Source: a virus. From it: a stretch of DNA of 64,000 nucleotides. Both the position numbers and the translations under genes were made by a program. The notes beneath the pieces were generated by a model that was not told where the DNA came from, ran no database searches, and worked only from the letters and a program-made list of their open reading frames with translations. The stretch's first letter is position 1. Each line of letters starts with the position of its first letter. Shown here piece by piece: positions 38,605 through 47,002 of this stretch. Where the stretch lies: the IMG/VR virus record IMGVR_UViG_3300044274_000334. The stretch is one strand, 5' to 3'.

Positions 38605-40661
38605 CACCAGATACTCCCTGATCCCGACCAATGACCGCCCGGTCGCCTAGCCTTTGGCTGCTGCGTCGGAGGATCTGGTTCTGGTTTTTGTGGACTTGGT
38701 GGCGCGCTCGACGTCGCCTGGCGCCGCTTCGGAGGACCGTCGCGGAGTTTGGAGAGGTTGAGCATCGCCGCAGCGGCGGCCTGCATGGCTTCCACATCGA
38801 GGAAGTGGTTGTCCTTGTGAACGCGCACCCATTTCGTCTTGCCGCCCGGTGCCCGGATGCGACTTTCAGAAACGATCTGCCGGCAGTAATCTTCGCCGAC
38901 ATCGCTAGGCAGAAACCAAGCACCGCTTGCTTCCCGATCCCAACGAACCTTCTGCAGTACCCATGACTTGAAATAGTCCGTGTCGAGACGGACCAGTTCC
39001 AAACCGCGTTTGATGACCTTGCCATCGATGTTGATGTCGATGTTGCTGGTCATGATCGGCTTCCTCATCGCAGACGAGGAACCCTTTGTTGCGCGGGCGA
39101 TGTTTTTGAAGCGCCGTGCGAAGGCATAGACCCGGTGCTCAGGCACGAGGTCCTTCTTGCCAGGACGAAAACCAGAGTCGATGAGGCCGAGACGGATTGG
39201 AATGCCGTCGTAAGTGTCGGTCAGGATTTCGCCAAGCGTATCCCAGACCTCCATGTCTTCGGTTGGACCGAAGATTTCTTCTGCCTCAACGAGCCAAGAG
39301 GTTGCTCCTGCCCCCCAGCCTCGAATGCTGTAGATGAGCCGGTCTCTCTGAACGTCACACGCCAACGTCAGAACCCTAGCGCCGTCCGGCACTTCGCCCA
39401 TGCTGTAGGTCTTGAGCGCGCACTTCTGGACTTCTGTCCATTCGGGCGCCTCGCCGCCTGCCGGTGACCACAGCTCTCCAAAGCCCTGGTTCTTCACCGA
39501 TTGAACGGCACCTGGATCACCTGATCGAACGGCTTCGACGTACCTTGCGGCTCGATCGCCCCAAGACACGAACGGAGAGGCCAGACCCGAGACCCAATAG
39601 GACAGCGTCCAGCTTTCAGGTGGCAATCCACCGACGACACCGTCGGTTCCAACATGCTGGCCGGGAGCAACGTAGACGCCACGCTCGTTCATCCAAGTTT
39701 TCGTCGCACCGTCCTCGCCTTCCTCTATGACGCCCCCGCATCGAGGACAGACAAGGTGGGCGGTCCGCTTCGCAAGCGCGGCGGTCGACGGTAGCTCCCG
39801 GCCAGTGCTCGACACGGGTTTGTCCCATGCCAAACAGGTGAAGCGGGGAATGAAGTATTCCTCGCAATGCGGGCACGGCCATGCCCAATGGTACCTGGTG
39901 CCTGACAGCCAAAGCCGCCAGACGGTTGACTTGATCTCTTCCGGATCCGCGTCGGCCCAGAACTCAAGCCCCGACTCTTCGTCGATCTCCACTTCCGTTG
40001 CCCCCTCGCTCGGCGTCGAAGTCACGGCGTGGACGAAGTCCGCATAGGTGTCGCCGCGGGCATCGATCAACCCGACCGGGTTACCCTGACCACGAAGGTT
40101 CGAAACCATCTCGTCGACCTCATCTGTCAGTGCGAGGCCGAACGGATCCGATTTCATCGCCGTGGAGGACCCTCCATGGGCAAGACGAACCGGAACGCCG
40201 TTGATGAATTTTCGGGTCTTCGTCATCTTGCTGTCGGGGGCCAGCCGGTCACGAAGGCAGGTTGAAGTCATCAGGTCCTCGAGCCTTGGCTCGAACTGCT
40301 CCTGAAGGAACTGCTTGCTCGGACCCACGTAGATGATTGGCACCGGAGACGTGTCCAGGCGCTCACCCATCAGATCCATAAAGCTTTCAGTCTTTCCGCT
40401 CTGCGCGGAGACCACCATCACGACGCGCTTATGTGTGCGGCCATGGACCGCAAGAACGAAAGGCGACATGTAGGGGGTTAGGTGGGGATTTCTCGGACCT
40501 GGTCGTCCGGAACTTGCTGGATAGGTTCGGTTGTTCCGAGCCCATTCAATCGGCGTCGTCCTTGGCCTCGGCTTCAGAAGCTTTGCCACTCGACGCAAAA
40601 GCAGATGCCGTTTCTTCGAAACGATCGAAGAGGCGCTGCTTGCCCTCATCAATGATTGCAT
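38604..40661 (-). CDS. Terminase large subunit (lambda gpA-like); start uncertain
   Basis: SAQSGKTE, DEVDE, STP, CPHC, LACDVQ, IDSG, NHFLD. Confidence 0.93.
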   Translation of the reverse strand: MQSLMRASSASSIVSKKRHLLLRRVAKLLKPRPRTTPIEWARNNRTYPASSGRPGPRNPHLTPYMSPFVLAVHGRTHKRVVMVVSAQSGKTESFMDLMGERLDTSPVPIIYVGPSKQFLQEQFEPRLEDLMTSTCLRDRLAPDSKMTKTRKFINGVPVRLAHGGSSTAMKSDPFGLALTDEVDEMVSNLRGQGNPVGLIDARGDTYADFVHAVTSTPSEGATEVEIDEESGLEFWADADPEEIKSTVWRLWLSGTRYHWAWPCPHCEEYFIPRFTCLAWDKPVSSTGRELPSTAALAKRTAHLVCPRCGGVIEEGEDGATKTWMNERGVYVAPGQHVGTDGVVGGLPPESWTLSYWVSGLASPFVSWGDRAARYVEAVRSGDPGAVQSVKNQGFGELWSPAGGEAPEWTEVQKCALKTYSMGEVPDGARVLTLACDVQRDRLIYSIRGWGAGATSWLVEAEEIFGPTEDMEVWDTLGEILTDTYDGIPIRLGLIDSGFRPGKKDLVPEHRVYAFARRFKNIARATKGSSSAMRKPIMTSNIDINIDGKVIKRGLELVRLDTDYFKSWVLQKVRWDREASGAWFLPSDVGEDYCRQIVSESRIRAPGGKTKWVRVHKDNHFLDVEAMQAAAAAMLNLSKLRDGPPKRRQATSSAPPSPQKPEPDPPTQQPKARRPGGHWSGSGSIW

Positions 40662-41076
40662 CTATCCGCTGCCTCTCTCGAACAACTCCCGTGATCTCGG
40701 CCGGCAGCCCGGACAAATATGATGCGAACTGACCGGTGATCTCCTCGATCACAGCCAATGCCTCATCCATTGAGATCAATTCGCGGTCCTTCTTCGCCAT
40801 GTTGAGCTGGATCTCGCGGGCTTTCAGCTCGCGTAGGTCATCCAAACTGGACGAAGCGGCTTGGCGGGTAGCGCCGTCTTTGACGTGCGCGATGTAGGCC
40901 TGAGTGACTTCCATCGGGTCATAGGCACCGGTGGCCACCTTCGGCAGAACTCCGTCTTTCACCAGCTTATGGAACCACACAGATTTCAGACCCAGGAACG
41001 TGTGCATTCCTTTGGCCGTGAGGAGCACCGGGTCTAAGGAGTTTTGCCGGATCGCCTTCGGGGGCGGCTTCTTCAT
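40546..41076 (-). CDS. Terminase small subunit (Nu1-like)
   Basis: N-terminal winged HTH (WFHKLVKDG), coiled coil, position. Confidence 0.8.
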   Translation of the reverse strand: MKKPPPKAIRQNSLDPVLLTAKGMHTFLGLKSVWFHKLVKDGVLPKVATGAYDPMEVTQAYIAHVKDGATRQAASSSLDDLRELKAREIQLNMAKKDRELISMDEALAVIEEITGQFASYLSGLPAEITGVVRERQRIDAIIDEGKQRLFDRFEETASAFASSGKASEAEAKDDAD

Positions 41077-41775
41077 TCAGTACCTCATGATTTTTTCCAG
41101 GCGTTTGGTCACCTGGATCTCAAGCTCACGGGGGGCGTAAGTCTGAAATGTCTGAAGGGAGTCGCCCTGAGGGATTTCATCTCTCAGCGCGGGACCGTAG
41201 AGCGAACGGATCTTGCCGTACCGCTTGCCGGTGCTCATGAAGCGCCCGCTGCCGTCACGCGGCTGACCAACTTTCCGACCGAACGTCCACAATGCCCGAG
41301 GCGCAGTGCTGCTCGTACCAGCGCTCGCTGGACGAAAGGCCTTGAACTTGCCGTTGGTCTCAAACGACCGCTTGAAGACGCGGGGAACATTCCAGACGCC
41401 AGATCTGACCGTGCCAGTTTCAAGCGCTGATCGGCTGGCGTTCATCCGCTTGAAGGCATCTCCACCAGACTTGACCGATCGAAGTCCCTTGTACTCTTCG
41501 ATTGGAGCACCACGACGAACCGAGAAGATCTCGTAAGAAAGGCTCGCTTCGCGTGGGACGCCTCTGGTGTGAGCAACGACGCTCTTCTGATACCGGCCAC
41601 TTTTCAGGCCCATCTGCAGATAGACAGCTTTCTGGACCCGGGTCTTGGTCTTTCGCCCGGTGTCGATGACGCCGCGATGCAGCTCCTTGCGGAACTTCGG
41701 CGACACCATCACGCGGATGGACCGGCCGACACTGATCATCACCTCGTGGTTCTCAACCCGTGTCGATACCGCCAT
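41077..41775 (-). CDS. Basic phage protein, possibly lambda gpZ-like
   Basis: Very basic; GRKTKTRVQKAV, LYGPAL. Confidence 0.5.
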   Translation of the reverse strand: MAVSTRVENHEVMISVGRSIRVMVSPKFRKELHRGVIDTGRKTKTRVQKAVYLQMGLKSGRYQKSVVAHTRGVPREASLSYEIFSVRRGAPIEEYKGLRSVKSGGDAFKRMNASRSALETGTVRSGVWNVPRVFKRSFETNGKFKAFRPASAGTSSTAPRALWTFGRKVGQPRDGSGRFMSTGKRYGKIRSLYGPALRDEIPQGDSLQTFQTYAPRELEIQVTKRLEKIMRY

Positions 41776-41802
41776 CTCAAACTCCTAAGCGCTAGTGGTG
41801 GA

Positions 41803-42231
41803 TCACCTGAACCCGCGACGCCTCTTGGGTTTTTGGATCACCGTCAGCTGAGCTTCTTCAGCCTCGTCCGGTTCTTCTGGAGGCGGCTCGGTGAGCGCTG
41901 GCTCCTCGCTGACAGGCTCTTCAGGCTTGGGAACATCGACCGCTTTTGGAACCGGCTTCGACCTTTCGGCCTCTCGTGCCGTGGCAAGCGGGCCGGTCAA
42001 CGCGAAGATCGACTGGTTCAGCGAGACGAAGCCTCGATCGAATGCAGCAGCGGCTGCGCGTAAGTGCTCGGGGCTTGTTCCCTGGTACCGAAGAACGACG
42101 TTCGTCAATTCTCTCAGGGCAGCTTCAACGGACCGAGATTTACTTGCGAGAATGCCGATGTCATCGATCAGCTTTTCGCTGTCTGGACGCGCTGTCTGCG
42201 GTGAAGTGTTTTGCGGGTTTTCAGATGCCAT
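41803..42231 (-). CDS. Hypothetical protein
   Basis: GAGGAAG RBS; Pro/Glu-rich tail. Confidence 0.7.
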   Translation of the reverse strand: MASENPQNTSPQTARPDSEKLIDDIGILASKSRSVEAALRELTNVVLRYQGTSPEHLRAAAAAFDRGFVSLNQSIFALTGPLATAREAERSKPVPKAVDVPKPEEPVSEEPALTEPPPEEPDEAEEAQLTVIQKPKRRRGFR

Positions 42232-42274
42232 TTCTTCCTCTCTGGCATAGGGGGGGCGTGACGGGTTGGGAGCC

Positions 42275-42523
42275 TTAGTCAGGATCTCCTTCGAGGCGAA
42301 CGCGGCCAGGCTTAAACACGGAGCGGTTCACGGCCATGAAGCCCTTCTCAAGCTCGGTTCGACCGATGGACAACCAACGAGGATCGACAGTCGGATCATC
42401 GGCCAGACCGTCGAGAAGCCGCAGAACCTCTTCCTCTTTGACTTTCATCTGATTGACCTTGGCAACCTTCTCGTCTGACTGGCTGCGGTACCCAGCGACC
42501 GGCAATCCCAAATGCTGTGTCAT
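42275..42523 (-). CDS. acb2: Acb2-like cyclic-oligonucleotide sponge (anti-CBASS)
   Basis: GYR, N-x2-K, RWLSIGRT, GFMAVNRSVFKP; strong RBS. Confidence 0.8.
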   Translation of the reverse strand: MTQHLGLPVAGYRSQSDEKVAKVNQMKVKEEEVLRLLDGLADDPTVDPRWLSIGRTELEKGFMAVNRSVFKPGRVRLEGDPD

Positions 42524-42647
42524 GGAACAGCTTCCTCTCCTGCTCGAAATTCGCCCGTCGTTTTGGAATGATTTTCCATTCCGACTGGCGGGTTGACCGG
42601 CTCATTCGGGCCGGAACTTAGAAACTGGTTTCAGTTCGGCTTCACAC

Positions 42648-42726
42648 GAGAAATTAATTTCTCAAAACCGCTCAAATAATGCGCTGCCACGGCACCCGCG
42701 GCCTGGGGGGTGGGCCGGAAGGACCC
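42648..42726 (-). other. cos-like packaging site with adjacent perfect 16-bp palindrome
   Basis: Minus strand GGGTCCTTCCGG (lambda cosQ is GGGTCCT), then GC-rich run; GAGAAATTAATTTCTC at 42648-42663. Confidence 0.5.
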
Positions 42727-42777
42727 AAAGGTCCGGGTGACCAATACAGGGAGGGGCACCAGCACCGCACCAGATGA

Positions 42778-42872
42778 CCAAAGACAAGGCCATGGATAGC
42801 GCAAGACGATCACAAGCAATTCGCCAGTATTTCAAATAAGAATACTGTTTTTGCTTTCGTCTTTTGTTTTGG
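42778..42872. repeat. Long interrupted inverted repeat (four nested helices)
   Basis: CCAAAGACAA/TTGTTTTGG, AAGACGA/TCGTCTT, AAGCAA/TTGCTT, CAGTATT/AATACTG. Confidence 0.75.
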
Positions 42873-42900
42873 ATCTAGTTAAGCTGCGCCATGGGTGCCG

Positions 42901-43480
42901 CCGTCATGGGCAGGCGGGCGCATTGCCGGGGATGACCGGGCAAGAGGCAGGGGCAGGCAGGACCACGGCACGGCGGCAGGCTTGCAGCGAAGGCCAGCAA
43001 GGCGGCAGGCATGACAGCGGGGACGGATGACAGGGGCAACGGGTGCTTTCCCTTCCTGCCCCTTCCCTGCCCCGCCTCCGGCGCTGGCGTCCCTTCCCTC
43101 GCTCCTGCCTTTTCCGTCTTGCCCCCTGCCGGGGATTGAACCGGGTGCGGTTCCTGCCCTGTTCGGTGCGGTCCTTCCCCGGCTGGTCTGCCGGTGCCGT
43201 TCGGCTGGCGCGCTTCCATGCCTGCCGGTGCGGGCTGGCGCGCGGCTCTAACCGGTGCGGGATATATGGGGCGGGGTTACCTGGACGAATTGCGCCACGA
43301 TTGCGCGGCAGTGACCGGGCAAGAAAAAACCCGGCTCTTTCGAAACCGGGCAGGCTGCACTTTCGAGGGGAGGTCAGGCGCTGAACGCAAATCGCCCTTA
43401 TGGGAACTATGCATGACTCGGCCTTATCAGGAAGGCAAGAGGCGGCACGGCAGGCAATCCAATACGCAGGCAATCAATAC
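42901..43480. repeat. Polarised GGCA/TGCC motif array
   Basis: Hand count: 10 GGCA (42901-43040), 10 TGCC (43041-43230), 8 GGCA (43300-43475). Confidence 0.8.
43324..43350 (-). terminator. Leftward terminator upstream of cos
   Basis: Minus strand CCCGGTTTC-GAAA-GAGCCGGG-TTTTTT. Confidence 0.6.
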
Positions 43481-43493
43481 ACAACGTGTTTTT

Positions 43494-43673
43494 TCGATAA
43501 AAAATAGTATCGACCACCGCTTAACGTATTGTTTTTGCACATTCTTTTCTGACAAATCAGGCTGAAAAAACTTAAAAAAATCGACAACTCGTCAGAAAAT
43601 AAATCTAACGAAAACAACCACTTATAATTTTTTTGAACTTTTTTTTGCCGGATCAATTCAAGACGTATAGAAA
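43494..43673. promoter_or_regulatory. AT-rich divergent control region
   Basis: TCGAT-N10-ATCGA; TTTTCTGAC/GTCAGAAAA inverted pair; candidate rightward TTGCCG-N17-TAGAAA. Confidence 0.55.
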
Positions 43674-43674
43674 C

Positions 43675-44321
43675 ATACACATCGAAGCTGAAAACATTCA
43701 CTTCGAAGCGGTTTCTAACCGGGTTCTTTCTCAATCAGTCCTTTCTGAATGCCTCGGGTCACTTTCGGCGGCTTTCCTGTTACCTGATACGATTCGTTTC
43801 GTATTGGCCTTGGAATGCTCCTGATACATCCAATGAGGGCAAACATTTGGCTAGGGCGCAATATGGCGACGCAATCGGGCTGTGAGGTTCGGTTACGCTG
43901 GTTTGACAGGCTGGCGATTAGGCGAAGGGTTTAGACAGGCATAACCATAAAGACCTGTATCGGTGAAGGTTCCGGCTGAAAATCACCTAGGGCACGTTCC
44001 TAGGAAGGATTAGGCAAAAAGGCTGAAACGGATGACAAGTAGAAACAACCTTGCAACCTGTCCAAAGGGTAAAAAGACAAGGGTTTCTGAGAAGTTTCGG
44101 AGATATTGACGACAGGCAAATGCCTGTTAGGTGGCGGAAAGATAGCTGGCGACGCAGGAGGGAACCTAACGGGGACTGACTTGCTGGTCTTAAATCCACA
44201 ACCGCGACAGGCAAGAGATTGAAACGGAATTTTCGCTATTCCGTTGAACCTAACAAAGCGATTGCAAAAGAGATTTTACGACATGGAACGGTGCGGTCAC
44301 TGACCGCGCCGTTTTGCTTTT
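43675..44321 (+). ncRNA. Candidate ~650-nt structured leader or non-coding RNA
   Basis: No credible ORF; many short stems, some with G-U pairs; repeated motifs; ends in a terminator. Confidence 0.4.
44287..44321 (+). terminator. Intrinsic terminator ending the leader
   Basis: AACGGTGCGGTC-ACT-GACCGCGCCGTT then TTGCTTTT. Confidence 0.7.
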
Positions 44322-44381
44322 GGCCTTCCCTTGCCTGCCCCCTTGGCTGGCAACGGCGGATCAAAAGCGAAAGGAAAAATC

Positions 44382-44549
44382 ATGGTTGCATATCTGCACG
44401 GATCAAAAGCCAAGGGCTGGACGCTGACAATTTGCAAACAGCCTTGCGCCGGACCGGAGTTTAACAACTCTGAGAAAATCACGGTTTCCGGCAAGCGTGA
44501 AGCAAACAAAATCTGCAAAGAACGCGGCATAAAGCCTTGGAATTGGTGA
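44382..44549 (+). CDS. First early gene, 55-aa basic protein
   Basis: AAAGGA RBS; VSGKREANKICKERGIKPWNW. Confidence 0.7.
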   Translation: MVAYLHGSKAKGWTLTICKQPCAGPEFNNSEKITVSGKREANKICKERGIKPWNW

Positions 44550-44641
44550 AGTTTTTCAGCCTATGGGCAAGCAATGCCTTGCCCATATACGGGAAAACAG
44601 CCCGACAACTTAAACCCAGAAAGACCGAAGGGAATATGATC

Positions 44642-45274
44642 ATGGCAAAGTTTGAAATTCTGAACGCAAAAGCTCTTTCCGCTGCTCTGAAAACCCGTGG
44701 CAAGGCCATTGCAACGTTCAAAGAACGCGAGCACCAGCTTGCCGTCTCCTGTATCAATCACGCTGCAGAAAACGGCCGTGCTGACCACCTGAATACCCTC
44801 CTCGAAATGACCCCGGGCAACTATCGCCTCGGCCTGATCAATTGGGCTTGCGAGTTCGGGAACGTGTCCTACGACTCGAAGGAACGGACCTTCAAAATCG
44901 CAAAGAAGAAAGAGGCCAAAATCGCGGCAAGCATGGATATTGCCCCGGCAGACTTCCAGAAGGCGAAGAACAGCAAGCCGAAGGCCGCGTTTAATCAGGT
45001 CACCTATCTGGAAAACGCGCTCAAGAAACTGACCGAAGAAGAAGGCGTTTCCCCTGCCGTCCTGCGCGGCATGAAAGACCTCCTGCGCCTCGCTCAGCAA
45101 GAGGCAGAAGGCGTTGCGCCGAAAAAGGCCAATGCGCCGAAGCACAAGGGCGGCAAGGTGCTGGAAACCGTCCCGGCAAAGGTCAAGGGCAAGGCTGTTG
45201 CAATCAAGGCGAAGGCCAAGCCGGAAACCGCCCCTGTCGTGGAAGCACCGGCAGAAGTGGCGCAGGCCGCCTAA
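44642..45274 (+). CDS. Early protein with Lys/Ala-rich tail
   Basis: LAVSCINHAAENG...LINWACEFG; RBS GAAGGGA. Confidence 0.8.
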   Translation: MAKFEILNAKALSAALKTRGKAIATFKEREHQLAVSCINHAAENGRADHLNTLLEMTPGNYRLGLINWACEFGNVSYDSKERTFKIAKKKEAKIAASMDIAPADFQKAKNSKPKAAFNQVTYLENALKKLTEEEGVSPAVLRGMKDLLRLAQQEAEGVAPKKANAPKHKGGKVLETVPAKVKGKAVAIKAKAKPETAPVVEAPAEVAQAA

Positions 45275-45293
45275 TCCATTCCCCTGACCTGAT

Positions 45294-45322
45294 AGGGCGT
45301 CGGTTTTCCGGCGCCCTTTCCT
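45294..45322 (+). terminator. Hairpin / weak terminator
   Basis: AGGGCGTCGG-TTTT-CCGGCGCCCT, short U-tract. Confidence 0.5.
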
Positions 45323-45433
45323 TGCCCCTCTGCGAGCGCCTGCGGGCGTTCCCACGGCGGCAAGCCTGACGCGCTTAACAGCTCGGTCCAGGTAGCGCCT
45401 GACACCCCCAAATTTTCAAAATCGGAGAAAGTC

Positions 45434-45769
45434 ATGACTCGGAGTCTGTCCGCAATCTGGCTGGCTGCGGCTATCGCCGTGCCGTCTGCCGCCTCGGCTA
45501 TGGAACCGGGCACCTACGCCCTCGCCGCGTTCGCTGAGGACACGTATTTCGCAATCACTGACCTGACGCTGCCCTTCTCGCAGGACGTCATCCAAGCCGA
45601 CCTGCCGAAGGCCGCCTGCGTCCGGATCTCTCGCCTCCTGAACGCACATGGCGGCCTGACTGCCTGCGTCCCCGTTCCCGACACGCCCGAGTGCGCAATC
45701 GCGCACAAAAATCCGACCGACGAAAACATCGTCGCGTGTTTCGGCCCTGCCTTCCCCCTTCACGACTGA
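45434..45769 (+). CDS. Secreted hypothetical protein
   Basis: Signal peptide (AIWLAAAIAVPSAASA), four Cys. Confidence 0.7.
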   Translation: MTRSLSAIWLAAAIAVPSAASAMEPGTYALAAFAEDTYFAITDLTLPFSQDVIQADLPKAACVRISRLLNAHGGLTACVPVPDTPECAIAHKNPTDENIVACFGPAFPLHD

Positions 45770-45805
45770 CAATGCCCGACCGTAGGCCTCGAAAGGATCA
45801 ATGCC

Positions 45806-45988
45806 GTGACCCGCCTGCATTCCACGCCCCCAAATGATACGCCCGCCCCTCTGCACCACCCGCATTACGAGACTGCCAAGGCTCGGCAGTATCGCGCCTT
45901 TCAGGAGGAGGTCCGGGCGGATATCGCCCGCTCTGACGCTCAGCGCGCCCGCCTGACCCGCGCTCGCGTTCTTGAGGCGTATGCATGA
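45806..45988 (+). CDS. Hypothetical protein
   Basis: AAGGA RBS; coupled to next gene. Confidence 0.55.
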   Translation: MTRLHSTPPNDTPAPLHHPHYETAKARQYRAFQEEVRADIARSDAQRARLTRARVLEAYA

Positions 45989-46287
45989 CCGACTTCCCCG
46001 TGCCAACGCCTGACGCCCCCGCTGACGCCGTCGCGGACTGGATCAAGAAGGCGGACGCCATAGCTGACCAGCATTTGAACGCGGCCTGTACGTCGCACCG
46101 CACCCACTCCCAAAAGCTCTTCCGGCTCGCCGCTGAGACCTATGAGGCCATCGCCAGCTACCTGGAAGGCCGCGCCCTCTTTCCCGAGAAAGCCCACCAG
46201 TCCCGCGTCCTCGCCTTCGCCTGCCGGCAGGGAGAGTCTTCCGGCTTTCTGGACCTGAACGCCCGCCCCTTTGAAACCCGCCATTGA
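45985..46287 (+). CDS. Hypothetical protein
   Basis: ATGA coupling. Confidence 0.7.
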   Translation: MTDFPVPTPDAPADAVADWIKKADAIADQHLNAACTSHRTHSQKLFRLAAETYEAIASYLEGRALFPEKAHQSRVLAFACRQGESSGFLDLNARPFETRH

Positions 46288-46305
46288 CCTTTGGAGACTG
46301 CAGAA

Positions 46306-46698
46306 ATGACCACGATTTTCGCAAAAATGCTGATCGCCGCAGAAGGCTTTTTGACTGCCTACCGGTCGGACCTGACCGAGCACGACGCCGCCTGCTGCGC
46401 GAAACTGAAGGCGGGTGACGCGGGCGTCTGGATCTGCCGCCCGTCGGGCACCAGCATGATCACCTTCCCGACCCCTTTCGCCGAAGCCGAGATCAATCAG
46501 CTTGCCGCCTTTCAATCCAACATGATCCACGTCCATGCCATTCACCCCGGCGCGCACTGGTACACGTTCACGGTCACGCAGGATGGCGGCATAGGCCACC
46601 TGACGCCTGTTTCCGCGACCGGGGCCATGCTGTTCACGGCAAAGCGTATCGAAGAGGTCAATCGCCGCCCGATCGCACCCGTAAGGCTGGCCGCGTGA
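46306..46698 (+). CDS. Hypothetical protein
   Basis: GGAGA RBS; YRSDLTEHD...WICRPSGT. Confidence 0.7.
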   Translation: MTTIFAKMLIAAEGFLTAYRSDLTEHDAACCAKLKAGDAGVWICRPSGTSMITFPTPFAEAEINQLAAFQSNMIHVHAIHPGAHWYTFTVTQDGGIGHLTPVSATGAMLFTAKRIEEVNRRPIAPVRLAA

Positions 46699-46796
46699 AC
46701 TCGCGCCTCAATCTCCACCGCATTGGCGATTGGCTGGCCCTGCTCGGGCTGGCCGTCTTCGCCTTCTGCCTGCCCGCGCTGTTCTTCCTCGCATGA
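46695..46796 (+). CDS. 33-aa single-TM peptide, not in the ORF track
   Basis: MNSRLNLHRIGDWLALLGLAVFAFCLPALFFLA; GTGA and ATGA overlaps on either side. Confidence 0.6.
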   Translation: MNSRLNLHRIGDWLALLGLAVFAFCLPALFFLA

Positions 46797-47002
46797 AGCA
46801 CTTCAGCGAGCGGCCTTGTGCGGCCGACGGCTTGACCTCCTATCGGTACGATGGGCGGTACGGGCCAATCATGATTGGTGCAAGTGACCATGCCGACGCC
46901 TTGGAACAGGCGCGGCAATCCACTGTGCACGTCGTCCCCCAAAAACTGAAAATCTGGGACGGCAACTGCTACGTCCCCGCTTTCAAACGGCTCCCGGCCT
47001 GA
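46793..47002 (+). CDS. Hypothetical protein
   Basis: GLTSYRYDGRYGPIMIGA; ATGA coupling. Confidence 0.7.
   Translation: MKHFSERPCAADGLTSYRYDGRYGPIMIGASDHADALEQARQSTVHVVPQKLKIWDGNCYVPAFKRLPA

Noticed and set aside
17187-41076. Lambda-like head with P2-like tail as a novel architecture
   Set aside because: Already known in alphaproteobacterial prophages such as Wolbachia WO
14697-41076. Gene transfer agent or tailocin identity
   Set aside because: Integrase, att site, DnaB, cos-type terminase and early operon indicate a true temperate phage
43125-43150. GGTTCAATCC on the minus strand resembling a tRNA T-loop or CRISPR repeat start
   Set aside because: T-stem does not pair, no acceptor or anticodon arm, single copy
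43675-44321. Repeated motifs as a guide-RNA (TIGR- or CRISPR-like) array
   Set aside because: No fixed periodicity, and no Nop-domain or Cas protein recognised in the window
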